Assembly: GCA_031316155.1 (NCBI GenBank)
Contig: JALDRB010000003.1
Location: 191,792-223,791, forward strand
Direction of reading: 5' to 3'
Source of the DNA: Candidatus Scalindua sp.
GTDB taxonomy: Bacteria; Planctomycetota; Brocadiia; Brocadiales; Scalinduaceae
DNA length: 32,000 bases
This document shows positions 8,713 to 17,687 of the stretch, in pieces; the stretch's first letter is position 1; each line of letters starts with the position of its first letter. Position numbers and translations under genes: made by a program. The notes under the pieces were generated by a model that saw only the letters and a list, made by a program, of their open reading frames with translations, did not search any database and had not been told where the DNA came from.

Positions 8713-8872
8713 CAAAATTTTTTACCCTGTTAAATCATTCATGTTGATGTAATTACATCAACTCTTAAAAAGCGAATTTTTTATGAAGCCAAATGAAAAT
8801 ACCAGAACACGTATTTAACAGGGCGAGCAGACTGGTTTGATCATTTCTGACTGCTGACATGCAGGCAAAAAT

Positions 8873-8950
8873 TGGGATTTGTAATTTGTAATTTGTTTGT
8901 TGTTTGTGATTTGCGATTTGTTATTTATTAACCTCTGGCTTATCAAGGCC
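8873..8950 (-). repeat. AT-rich repeat, inverted copy
   Basis: ttgggatttgtaatttgtaatttgtttgttgtttgtgatttgcgatttgttatttattaacctctggcttatcaaggcc; its reverse complement resembles 8648-8712. A partial relative lies at 11293-11350. Confidence 0.5.
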
Positions 8951-9015
8951 AGGTTGCTTAAATATCGAGGAACATTTATTCTATTTGTGAGTGTTTCAGG
9001 GTGCTATGAGTAAAA

Positions 9016-9050
9016 AATCCCCCTTAGAAAAGGGGGTGAAGGGGGTTGTA
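9016..9050 (-). repeat. CCCCCT element, copy f (inverted)
   Basis: atcccccttagaaaagggggtgaagggggttgt. Confidence 0.8.
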
Positions 9051-9076
9051 AATAATTCTTCATTAAAATAAAATAC

Positions 9077-9110
9077 ACAACCCCCTGTTTCCCCCTTTCG
9101 TAAGGGGGAC
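9077..9110 (+). repeat. CCCCCT element, copy g
   Basis: acaaccccctgtttccccctttcgtaaggggg. Confidence 0.85.
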
Positions 9111-9158
9111 TAACTTGGAATTATTTATCAGAATGAGAACATATTCTTCAAGGAGGTG

Positions 9159-10537
9159 ATGTCTGACTCGTCCGCTCTGTTTTGTCCTTATGCCCTTTGG
9201 TAAAAAACCCGACGCCGCCGGGATTGTGATTGACTTCGATGTTGTGTACGGAGAGCTCATTGCCCCTGCCATTCGGGAGGCTGGACTCGAGCCTCTCCGT
9301 GCCGATGAAGAGATGGCAGGCGGAATCATCCAGAAACCGATGTTCGAACGGTTAATCCTGTGCGAGTATGCGGTGGCCGATTTGACGACTGCCAACGCAA
9401 ATGTCTTCTATGAGTTGGGGGTGCGTCACGCTGTGCGTCCGTGGAGCACCATCGCTTTTTTTTATGCCGCTGGCTCACGTATGCCATTCGATGTCGCAGA
9501 CCTGCGTGCACTGCCATATACGTTGTCCGGCGCAGGCACCCCGGGCAGATATCGTGAACGACAAGTCGGCGCTCGTGAAACGCCTTCTTGCGGCGAAAGA
9601 GGCTGCCGCAGAGAGACCATTAACAGACAGTCCCATCTTTCAGCTCGTTGACGGTTTCCCGAACATCTCCTCTGATAAGACAGATGTCTTCCGCGAACAG
9701 GTGCGATACTCAACGGAGATAAAGGCGCGCCTGGAAACGGCGCGAAAGCAGGGAGCCGATGCCCTTCGTGCGATAGAAAAAGAGATCAGCGGGAGTGGTG
9801 ACAGAATGAACACCGGCCTGAAAAATCAGGAATCCGGTGTTGTTATTGACCTTTTCCTCTCGTATCGGGAGGTACGGGCATGGAAAGATATGATCGCTCT
9901 TGTGGATAAGATGCCGGGTCCTCTGGCAGTTACGGTTATGGTTCAGGAGCAGTTCTCCCTTGCACTGAACCGGAACGGAGAGGGTGAAAGGGCGGAGAGA
10001 GTGCTCAGAGATCTTCTCGAGCGCAGGGGTGCAAGCAGCGAAACGTATGGGATACTCGGCAGAGTCTACAAGGATCGGTGGGAAACTGCGTCTGAAAGGG
10101 GTGATCGTTTCCTGGCACGGGGACTGCTTGACAAGGCGATTGATGCCTACCTGAGAGGCTTTGAGGCTGACTGGCGGGATGCCTATCCCGGTATCAACGC
10201 CCTTACGCTCATGGAACTGAGGGAACCACCAGATCCGCGTCGATTGCGCCTCATCCCGGTCGTCACCTATGCCGTTGAGCGCCGTATCGCCGCAGGCAGG
10301 CCTGATTACTGGGACTATGCGACCCGGCTGGAATTGTCGGTGCTGGCACAAGACGAACAGAGCGCCATGAATTCCCTTGGTGATGCCCTTGCCTCGGTAC
10401 CCGAACCGTGGAAGCAGGAGACTACCGCACGCAATCTCCGCCTTATCCGCGAGGCACGTGAACGGCGACAGGAGATCATACCCTGGGCGAAGGATGCCGA
10501 GGAAGCGCTTATCCAAAGGGGGAAAGAAATAAGGTAA
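9159..10537 (+). pseudogene. TIR-like/nucleotide-processing N-terminal domain plus TPR-S (TRAFs-binding, DUF4071-type) protein, frameshifted
   Basis: ORF 9190-9651 carries VLMPFGKKPDAAGIVIDFDVVYGELIAPAIREAGLEPLRADEEMAGGIIQKPMFERLILCEYAVADLTTANANVFYELGVRHA. ORF 9401-10537 carries the continuation ADIVNDKSALVKRLL...DSPIFQLVDGFPNISSDKTDVFREQVRY...GILGRVYKDRW in another frame. Break near 9538-9546. A second offset is likely near the start (ATG 9159 is in a different frame from RPLCFVLMPFG). Confidence 0.7.
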
Positions 10538-10555
10538 CACAGCAATCCACAAGAA

Positions 10556-10592
10556 AATCCCCCTTAACAAAGGGGGAAGAAGGGGGTTGTTA
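10556..10592 (-). repeat. CCCCCT element, copy h (inverted)
   Basis: aatcccccttaacaaagggggaagaagggggttgtt; reverse complement ACAACCCCCTTCTTCCCCCTTTGTTAAGGGGG matches copy g. Confidence 0.85.
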
Positions 10593-10759
10593 CCATACTT
10601 GCTAAAACCTGTTTTCGCAAATGCGGGGAATGGGAAATTCTTCAGCAAGTCCACGAGTCTTCTGCTCGTCCTGCAGATACCCGTTTCCGGTATCATTCTC
10701 AGCCTCAGGGAGAAACGAAAGAGAATATTTCACATTCTCCTCTTTTATCTTTATACTAT

Positions 10760-11071
10760 TCACTTCATAAGCGAATGGACACGCTTGACATCGGTTAACG
10801 CCTTATCGGTGGAAACGAGCGGGGTCACTTCTATGTCAGTAAAAAAAGGGAATAGCGGCAGGTTTCCCACGATCTGGTCAAATTCCTCATTTGAGTCTGT
10901 TTCAATAATGGCGGCAGCGCCTCTTCCACCGGCTATCTTACCGCCGGCAAGGATCTTGCCCCTTCTCTGCATCCTCAGGAAATACTCCCACTCCTTGACC
11001 ACGAAACCCAGGAAATCTTTAACGGGGATATCGGGTATTTTCTTTATCTGAACCTTTAATAAGAACATCAT
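10760..11071 (-). CDS. muconolactone delta-isomerase-like small protein
   Basis: MMFLLKVQIKKIPDIPVKDFLGFVVKEWEYFLRMQRRGKILAGGKIAGGRGAAAIIETDSNEEFDQIVGNLPLFPFFTDIEVTPLV matches the small ferredoxin-like muconolactone isomerase pattern. Confidence 0.7.
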   Translation of the reverse strand: MMFLLKVQIKKIPDIPVKDFLGFVVKEWEYFLRMQRRGKILAGGKIAGGRGAAAIIETDSNEEFDQIVGNLPLFPFFTDIEVTPLVSTDKALTDVKRVHSLMK

Positions 11072-11374
11072 TTTGAACTCAGTTCCTTTCGGTTATTAAG
11101 GTAAACTCCTCGGAAATTTAATTACTTGTTTACAGTAAAACTACTTGCTTTCTACACAAATACCAATACACAATAGACAAATTCCAAACAGATTACACTA
11201 TCAAATTATCAGAAATATTAAACATATTAATGCTTTCTATAGAGAAGAAGAAGCAGCATAAGAGAGGATAAATCTGATGTTTTGATCATTTGGATTTTGG
11301 TAATTGATTTTTGTTTGTAATTTGGGATTTATTATTTGTTATTCAGCCTCTCAATTGAGAGGAAAAGAGCTCAT

Positions 11375-12112
11375 TTATAGCGCCAACCCTCCATCGACAG
11401 TAAGGACATGACCGGTAATATATTTTGCATCATCTGAAAGCAAAAATGCCGCTATCTTTGCTATTTCTTCTGGGTTTCCAAACCGTTTGAGAGAGGTCAT
11501 ATCAATCATTTTTTTCTTGTATTCTTCCGGAAGAGTTGATGTCATATCTGTGTCGATAAAGCCACATGCAATAGCGTTCACATTGACTTTTGCCTTGCCA
11601 ACTTCCTTAGCCAGCGCCTTGGTGAAGCCGATAACTCCAGCCTTTGAAGCAGAGTAGTTGGCCTGTCCAGCTACTCCTGCAATACCACTGACTGATGTAA
11701 TATTGAGTATGTTTCCGCTTTTCTGCTTAACCATAGTCATAATTACAGCCTTGGAAAAGTTATAGACACTTTTCAGGTTTGTGTTGATCACCTCGTCCCA
11801 ATCACTCTCTTTCATCAGGGCGAGGAGTTTGTCCCTGGTAACACCGGCATTGTTGATTAAGAAATCTATCTGTCCAAATTCGTCTTTAACTTCTTTTACC
11901 ATATTTGCAGCAGCTTCAAAATCTGAGACATCCACCTGTTTTGCCAGGGACTTGACTCCCTGCGATTCAATTTCTGCAACAAGAGTCTTCGCCAGATCCT
12001 CACTCTTGGCATAATTAAAGGCAACATTGCATCCATTTCTTGCCAGCTCAAGGACTATAGCACGACCGATACCTCTTGTACCACCTGTTACTATCGCTAC
12101 TTTATCTTTCAT
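11375..12112 (-). CDS. fabG: 3-oxoacyl-[acyl-carrier-protein] reductase-like SDR (FabG family)
   Basis: TGGTRGIGRAI Rossmann motif, NNAG, catalytic S...YSASKAG, terminal ITGHVLTVDGG. Confidence 0.95.
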   Translation of the reverse strand: MKDKVAIVTGGTRGIGRAIVLELARNGCNVAFNYAKSEDLAKTLVAEIESQGVKSLAKQVDVSDFEAAANMVKEVKDEFGQIDFLINNAGVTRDKLLALMKESDWDEVINTNLKSVYNFSKAVIMTMVKQKSGNILNITSVSGIAGVAGQANYSASKAGVIGFTKALAKEVGKAKVNVNAIACGFIDTDMTSTLPEEYKKKMIDMTSLKRFGNPEEIAKIAAFLLSDDAKYITGHVLTVDGGLAL

Positions 12113-12190
12113 CTCTCTGCCTCCAGGGGAATATTAGTGATATAAAAATTATCTAAAAAAAATTTAACTCAAGGTTATGTCTGAAGAAAG

Positions 12191-12991
12191 TTACGTCTTT
12201 ACCAGTTTCTCCCGCATCATTTCTGCAAAGAGGCTTACCTCATATTCGATTCCCTCTCTTGTCTCGTGTTCCATTGCAAAGTTTATGCACTTTTTCATGG
12301 TCTGTATTGATCTGCTGGAGTTCTCAGCCAGAACCCCGGCGTAGTCCAAGGCCTCTTTGAGGACATCACTTACGGGTGCAAGTTTGTTCACCAGACCCCA
12401 TTGCAATGCTGTTTTTGCGCGGATCATCTTTCCTGAATACAACATTTCCTTGGCTCGGGCGGCGCCTATCACCTTTGGTAACCTGATAGTTCCTCCAAGC
12501 CCCGGTATTATGTTCAACTCCGGTTTTGCTTCCGGTAAACTGAAAAATGCGATTTCGGACGCTATGCGGATATCGCATAAGAGAGACAGTTCCAGTCCTG
12601 CTCCTATCGTGACACCATTGAGGGCGGCAATCAGAGGTTTCCGGCAGTTTTCTATCTCCCGGTACATCTCATGGGCTCTCACAAACCGGTCATAGTTCTT
12701 TTCAGCTACTAAACCTGAGATCCATGAACCAAACAACTCAGCCCTGTCCGCACCATCACTAAAAACACCCCTTATGCTGCTCGTGATTATTATGGCCACG
12801 ATCTTCTCATCCTTTTCGTATGCATCAATTCTGTCATATAGAGCATCCAGCAACCAGGAACCGATAGAATTTCGGGGAAGTTTTTTTAACTTAATGACAC
12901 CGGCGTATTTGTTAACCTGTAGTTTAACCTCTTCGTATTCCAGATGCCGGTATCCCGAGTCGTCACCCCTGTTCATTCGTATGTCTTTCAT
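12191..12991 (-). CDS. enoyl-CoA hydratase/isomerase family protein
   Basis: CRKPLIAALNGVTIGAGLELSLLCDIRIASE...IIPGLGGTIRLPKVIG crotonase-fold signature. Confidence 0.9.
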   Translation of the reverse strand: MKDIRMNRGDDSGYRHLEYEEVKLQVNKYAGVIKLKKLPRNSIGSWLLDALYDRIDAYEKDEKIVAIIITSSIRGVFSDGADRAELFGSWISGLVAEKNYDRFVRAHEMYREIENCRKPLIAALNGVTIGAGLELSLLCDIRIASEIAFFSLPEAKPELNIIPGLGGTIRLPKVIGAARAKEMLYSGKMIRAKTALQWGLVNKLAPVSDVLKEALDYAGVLAENSSRSIQTMKKCINFAMEHETREGIEYEVSLFAEMMREKLVKT

Positions 12992-12995
12992 AATG

Positions 12996-15032
12996 TTAAA
13001 CCTTTAACCCTGCTTCAAATCCCTCGTGGATAGCTTCAAGAGCAGTTCGCACACTGACACAATCACCGATTTTATAAAATTCATTTACTGTTCCGTTGAG
13101 AGTATTTACAAGATCCTGATTGGGTTCATATCCCGTGGCTACAACAACTGTGTCAGCGATAAGAGAATTTTTTTTCTTCTCTTTTTCGAAGGTGACACAG
13201 ATTTTTTCAACTCTCTTTCTGGTGTTGGTTGATATCTTCACGGTTTTGATTTCTTTAACGTGCAAGCCGGTAATACACTCAACTCCCGCATCTTTTACCT
13301 GTTTTATGATGACCCATCGGGTTGAAATGCCGAAAGCTCCCCCGATCTTGTTTTTCATTTCCAGGATCGTAATGTTTTTTCGTCCCCGTGAGGTATATTC
13401 TGCTGCCTCCTCCCCGCTGATGACCTTGTTTCTGAGAAGATAGCAGGCCACTTCAGGGGTCATTGCACCCATTTTTGCAATATGTAAGGCAACCTCACAA
13501 CCAATCGTTCCACCACCGATGATGACTACGTCCTTTCCGACAGGTACCCTGTTGTCGAATATCTCTTCAGCCACAACGACATTCTTCTCTTTTATGCCGG
13601 GTATAGGGGGTATGATGGGGCGACCTCCGACAGCGGCAATTACCGCATCAGGCCCGAGATTCTTAATTGTCTTAACATCTGCCTTTTCATAAAGGTTTAT
13701 TTTTACGTTTAATTTTCTGATCTGTGTCTCAAGAAACGTAATGACGTTTTCTATTTCCTCTCTCCCCGGTGGAATATAGGCGTATCTCAGTTGTCCGCCG
13801 AGAACACCGTTTTTCTCATATAAATGCACCTCATGTCCTCTCAACGCGGCAACCCTTGCAGCTTCGAGTCCTCCCGGTCCGCCACCGATCACCATTACCT
13901 TTTTCTTTTTCGCGGCCTTCCTGATCTTCAACTCCCCCTCTCTCCCTGCCCTGACATTATAGATACAGCTTACCGGTTTGAAATTTAAGAGGGAATCAAA
14001 ACATCCCTGATTACAGGCGATACACCTCCTGATATCATTGAACTGTTTCTTCCTGTACTTTTTGGGCGATTCGGGGTCAGCGATAAGAGGTCTTCCTATC
14101 GATACCAGGTCTGACTGGCCATTATCCAGAATCTCTTCAGCTAATGCCAGATCGTTAACCCTTACCGAGCCAATTACGGGGACATGTACCTGGTCCTTAA
14201 TTTTCTCAGACAAGAAGATGTAGGACATCCTCGGGATGGCCATAAGCATGATGGGGGTCCGGCTTTCATGCCACCCAGGAGAAATATTAAAAGCATCAAC
14301 ACCCGCCTTTTCCAGCTCTTTTGCAATCTCAATACTCTCATCTATCTTGAGACCTTTATCAACAAAATCGTCTCCGGACAAACGGAATATAACGGGGAAT
14401 TTTTTACCAACCTTTTCTTTTATTGCAATTACAATTTCTCTTGCAAAATGTATCCTGTTTTCAAGGCTTCCTCCATATCGGTCCTTTCTCTCATTTGTTG
14501 CCCTGGAAAGGAACTGGTTGATAAGATAGCCCATACCTCCGTGTATCTCTACCGCATCAAAGCCCGCCTTCTTCAACCTTACGGTGGCATTGACAAAACT
14601 CTGTATCACCTTCTTAATCTCTGGTATGGTGAGTGCATGTGGCGCCTGTTTTATGTTGACGTGTGCCAGACTCGATGCTGAAACCGGACGCATCTTGGTA
14701 AAAAAAGAGGAGGCGCTTCTCCCTCCATGGAGCAGTTGAGCGGCAACCTTGACATTATACTTGTGGATTGTATCAGCAAATTTCTTTAACCCCGGTATAA
14801 ACTCATCTTTGTCCAGACCGATGATACTCTTCCATACCTTGCCATTCATCTCGGGATAACATCCACCTATTACGATTAAGCCTACTCCTCCACGGGCCCT
14901 CTCGACATAGAAATCAATAAAACGTTCATTTACCGAACCATCTGAAGTAAATCCGAGATCCATTGCAGACATGGCAAGCCTGTTCTTTATTTCGATACTG
15001 CCTATTTTTATCGGCTCAAATAGCTTACTCAT
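12996..15032 (-). CDS. NADH:flavin oxidoreductase / 2,4-dienoyl-CoA reductase-like (OYE barrel + 4Fe-4S + FAD/NAD domain)
   Basis: FEPIKIGSIEIKNRLAMSAM, GFDAVEIHGGMGYLINQFLS...NERKDRYGGSLENR, CIACNQGC...CIYN, VMVIGGGPGGLEAAR, VVIIGGGTIGCEVA. Confidence 0.93.
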   Translation of the reverse strand: MSKLFEPIKIGSIEIKNRLAMSAMDLGFTSDGSVNERFIDFYVERARGGVGLIVIGGCYPEMNGKVWKSIIGLDKDEFIPGLKKFADTIHKYNVKVAAQLLHGGRSASSFFTKMRPVSASSLAHVNIKQAPHALTIPEIKKVIQSFVNATVRLKKAGFDAVEIHGGMGYLINQFLSRATNERKDRYGGSLENRIHFAREIVIAIKEKVGKKFPVIFRLSGDDFVDKGLKIDESIEIAKELEKAGVDAFNISPGWHESRTPIMLMAIPRMSYIFLSEKIKDQVHVPVIGSVRVNDLALAEEILDNGQSDLVSIGRPLIADPESPKKYRKKQFNDIRRCIACNQGCFDSLLNFKPVSCIYNVRAGREGELKIRKAAKKKKVMVIGGGPGGLEAARVAALRGHEVHLYEKNGVLGGQLRYAYIPPGREEIENVITFLETQIRKLNVKINLYEKADVKTIKNLGPDAVIAAVGGRPIIPPIPGIKEKNVVVAEEIFDNRVPVGKDVVIIGGGTIGCEVALHIAKMGAMTPEVACYLLRNKVISGEEAAEYTSRGRKNITILEMKNKIGGAFGISTRWVIIKQVKDAGVECITGLHVKEIKTVKISTNTRKRVEKICVTFEKEKKKNSLIADTVVVATGYEPNQDLVNTLNGTVNEFYKIGDCVSVRTALEAIHEGFEAGLKV

Positions 15033-16257
15033 ATTTTTTCAAAACCAGACAGGAGTTGTTTCCTGAATAATCAAAGGAATTAACCAGTGCCGTGTTAATG
15101 TCACGCAGCTGTTTCTCATTCGTAATGTTTACATCGCACTCGGGGTCTTTTTCCTCATAGTTGATTGTTGGAGGTATGAGACTGTTATGAATAGAAAGTA
15201 CCGCTGCTGCAGTCTGCATTGCTCCGGACGCACCATAGCACTCTCCCACAACAGATTTAACAGCACATACCGGTATTTCCTTGCCTCTTTTTTCAAATAA
15301 TTCACCAATGGCCTTCGCCTCAATAAGGTCTGACAAGTCGCCTGAATTTCCGTTTGCATTAATAAGGTTAACATCGTGAAGTGACAGATTTGCATCGTTC
15401 AGGCACTTTTCCATTGCAGCCCTGGCCTTTTCGACTCTTTTTCCGGTATGGAACATTTTATTACCCGCAAAAATAGTTGCAAATCCCGAAATTTCCCCAT
15501 AAATCCCTGCGCCACGACTCAGAGCAAATTCAAGATCTTCCATAATAAATACATAGCTGCCTTCACTCATAATAAAACCGTTTCTCCTTTTATCAAACGG
15601 CATGCTGATCTCCCTGTCCGTTGGATTCGAACCTGCCAGCATCTTTCTCAGGAGGAAGATCATGTATAGATCAAATGATATCTGCTCAAAGCCGCCGGCG
15701 ATAATGATGTTTGCCTTCCCGTTCTGAATCAGTTTATGTGCATTACCAATTGCGTCAATTCCTGAAGTAAAGCCGGAGGAGATCGTTCTGGCAAACCCCT
15801 TGATCTTATATATAACAGATGCATAGTTTATAGAAGAATTCAGAGCTACATCATAGCTCTGCATTGGCGAGAGTTCGGAAGGATTTTCCCGGACAATGTC
15901 ATGAAAATAATCTGTGGTTTGTGAAAAGTTTCCCAGCGAAGAGCCTATTAAAATTCCCGTCTGGTTTGCCACTTCATCATCTATGCTCAATTTCGCATCG
16001 TCCAACGCTAATTTTACACTTGAAGCAAGAAATTTCGTTCCCTTGTTAAGGTATCTCAGCCCCTTCTGTCCTAAAAACTCCTCTGGTTTTAAATTTTTCA
16101 CTTCTGCCCCTTTTTTGCAGTGATATCTCGACAAATCCAGGGATTCCATGGGGGCGATGCCGGAATTGCCGGAAACAAGATTCTTCCAGAACTCCTTATG
16201 GCCGATGCCTATTGGAGATACAATACCAATACCAGTGATTACCGTTTTTTTATTCAT
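15025..16257 (-). CDS. beta-ketoacyl synthase-like protein lacking the Cys-His-His triad (KS beta / chain-length-factor-like)
   Basis: KAS fold motifs throughout, but TISSGFTSGIDAIG replaces the Cys nucleophile motif, NANGNSGDLSDLIEA replaces NAHGTxT, and KSVVGECYGASG replaces KSxxGHxxGAAG. Confidence 0.88.
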   Translation of the reverse strand: MNKKTVITGIGIVSPIGIGHKEFWKNLVSGNSGIAPMESLDLSRYHCKKGAEVKNLKPEEFLGQKGLRYLNKGTKFLASSVKLALDDAKLSIDDEVANQTGILIGSSLGNFSQTTDYFHDIVRENPSELSPMQSYDVALNSSINYASVIYKIKGFARTISSGFTSGIDAIGNAHKLIQNGKANIIIAGGFEQISFDLYMIFLLRKMLAGSNPTDREISMPFDKRRNGFIMSEGSYVFIMEDLEFALSRGAGIYGEISGFATIFAGNKMFHTGKRVEKARAAMEKCLNDANLSLHDVNLINANGNSGDLSDLIEAKAIGELFEKRGKEIPVCAVKSVVGECYGASGAMQTAAAVLSIHNSLIPPTINYEEKDPECDVNITNEKQLRDINTALVNSFDYSGNNSCLVLKKYE

Positions 16258-16295
16258 TTATCACTCATAAAAAATGATGTGTTTGTGAATGTGGA

Positions 16296-17504
16296 CTACA
16301 GTCTACTAAATATATTTGTTACGTTGTTTCCGCCGAATGCAAACGAGTTATTGAGTACACAGTTGACTTTCCTTTCTCTCCCTTCGTTCGGCACATAATC
16401 TAAATCACATTCAGGATCAGGGGTTTCGTAATTTATGGTAGGCGGGATAATATTATTCTTGATTGAAAGGCAGCTTACGACAGATTCTATTGCACTGGCA
16501 GCGCCCATTGTATGGCCTATCATGGATTTTATTGAGCTGACAGGGATATCTTTTGCCCGCTCTTTGAAAACAGATTTGATCGCCAATGTCTCCATTCTGT
16601 CATTTAAGGGGGTACCTGTTCCATGTGCATTAATATAATCAATATCCTTATAGGAGAGTTTTGCTTCTGATAGGGCATCTAGCATCGCCTTGATTGCCCC
16701 TGCACCTTCGGGATGAGGGGCTGTCATATGATGGCCGTCACAACTCATTCCATTACTCATCAATTCTGCATAAATGTCCGCACCTCTTTTTTTTGCAAAA
16801 TCAAGGGTTTCCATCACCATTATTCCGGCACCTTCCCCGATAATGAGTCCTTTCCTGTCTCTGTCAAATGGCTGGCACTTTACCGGAGCCAGGGCCTTTA
16901 AATTGTGAAAATGAGTAAATTCGGTTTGCGGTATCAGTTCGCCTCCGCCTACAAGCATCACATCAACCATACCGCCCATCAGGAGATCATATGCCCATGC
17001 TATGGCATGGTTGCCGGAAGAGCATGCATTTAACGAAACCATGTTTGGGCCTTCAAAACCAAAATCCTCAGAGAGCAGGGTCGTTATGGATGATGGCGGG
17101 TATGTGAGAGCGACGTTCATGTCAAAACCATTGGCTTTCTCTTCAGGGGAATTCCGTAACAGGAATTCAAATGGGGGTAGTTCACCGGCAAGAGTTCCGA
17201 TAGCAATTCCAAATCTCTCACAATTGTATTTTGTTCTATCATGCAAACCGCTGTCTTCTAAAGCTTCTTTTGCCGCTGAATAGGTATATTTGTGTATCGT
17301 GTTAGCGGTAGTCTCGTTTTTAAAGACGGTATCTATTTTGAAATTCTTCACTTCACATGCACGGTGGATTTTATATTGTGAAGTGTCAAATGAGGTAACG
17401 TCTCCGGCGCCATCTTTACCATGAACAAGAGCGTTCCATGCATCTTTAACTCCTATACCATTAGCGATCACCAGACCCAAACCTGTAATAACAACTCTTG
17501 ACAT
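16296..17504 (-). CDS. beta-ketoacyl-ACP synthase II-like (KS alpha)
   Basis: NACSSGNHAI (Cys), YINAHGTGTPLNDRMET (His), IKSMIGHTMGAASAIES (His), CVLNNSFAFGGNN. Confidence 0.93.
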   Translation of the reverse strand: MSRVVITGLGLVIANGIGVKDAWNALVHGKDGAGDVTSFDTSQYKIHRACEVKNFKIDTVFKNETTANTIHKYTYSAAKEALEDSGLHDRTKYNCERFGIAIGTLAGELPPFEFLLRNSPEEKANGFDMNVALTYPPSSITTLLSEDFGFEGPNMVSLNACSSGNHAIAWAYDLLMGGMVDVMLVGGGELIPQTEFTHFHNLKALAPVKCQPFDRDRKGLIIGEGAGIMVMETLDFAKKRGADIYAELMSNGMSCDGHHMTAPHPEGAGAIKAMLDALSEAKLSYKDIDYINAHGTGTPLNDRMETLAIKSVFKERAKDIPVSSIKSMIGHTMGAASAIESVVSCLSIKNNIIPPTINYETPDPECDLDYVPNEGRERKVNCVLNNSFAFGGNNVTNIFSRL

Positions 17505-17687
17505 GTTAATTCCTTCTGTAATTCAAAAACAGATATGATTTGCTTCTCAAAACTCAGGCATCCCTGCAAAAGATTAACATTATCGACCTAACCTGATTCC
17601 GAGAAAAAATTCTGCGGACTTAGTTACAACTGTTCGAGAAACCCTGTATCGGGACAGATAAGAGGTAGAGAAAAAAACAGCATTTAT

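Noticed and set aside
8540-9110. Simple rho-independent terminators
   Set aside because: CCCCCTTTnnTAAGGGGG hairpins could terminate transcription, but they lack a consistent U-tract and occur in organised inverted pairs, so a dispersed repeat family explains them better; a termination role is not excluded.
3291-10592. CCCCCT repeats as a CRISPR array
   Set aside because: Elements alternate in orientation and are spaced irregularly with genes between them; not direct repeats with constant spacers.
9710-10696. 328-aa minus-strand ORF
   Set aside because: Antisense to the TPR-S coding region, which has recognisable motifs on the + strand; no signature in the translation.
10587-11051. 154-aa plus-strand ORF
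   Set aside because: Overlaps the muconolactone-isomerase-like gene on the minus strand, which has much stronger protein character.
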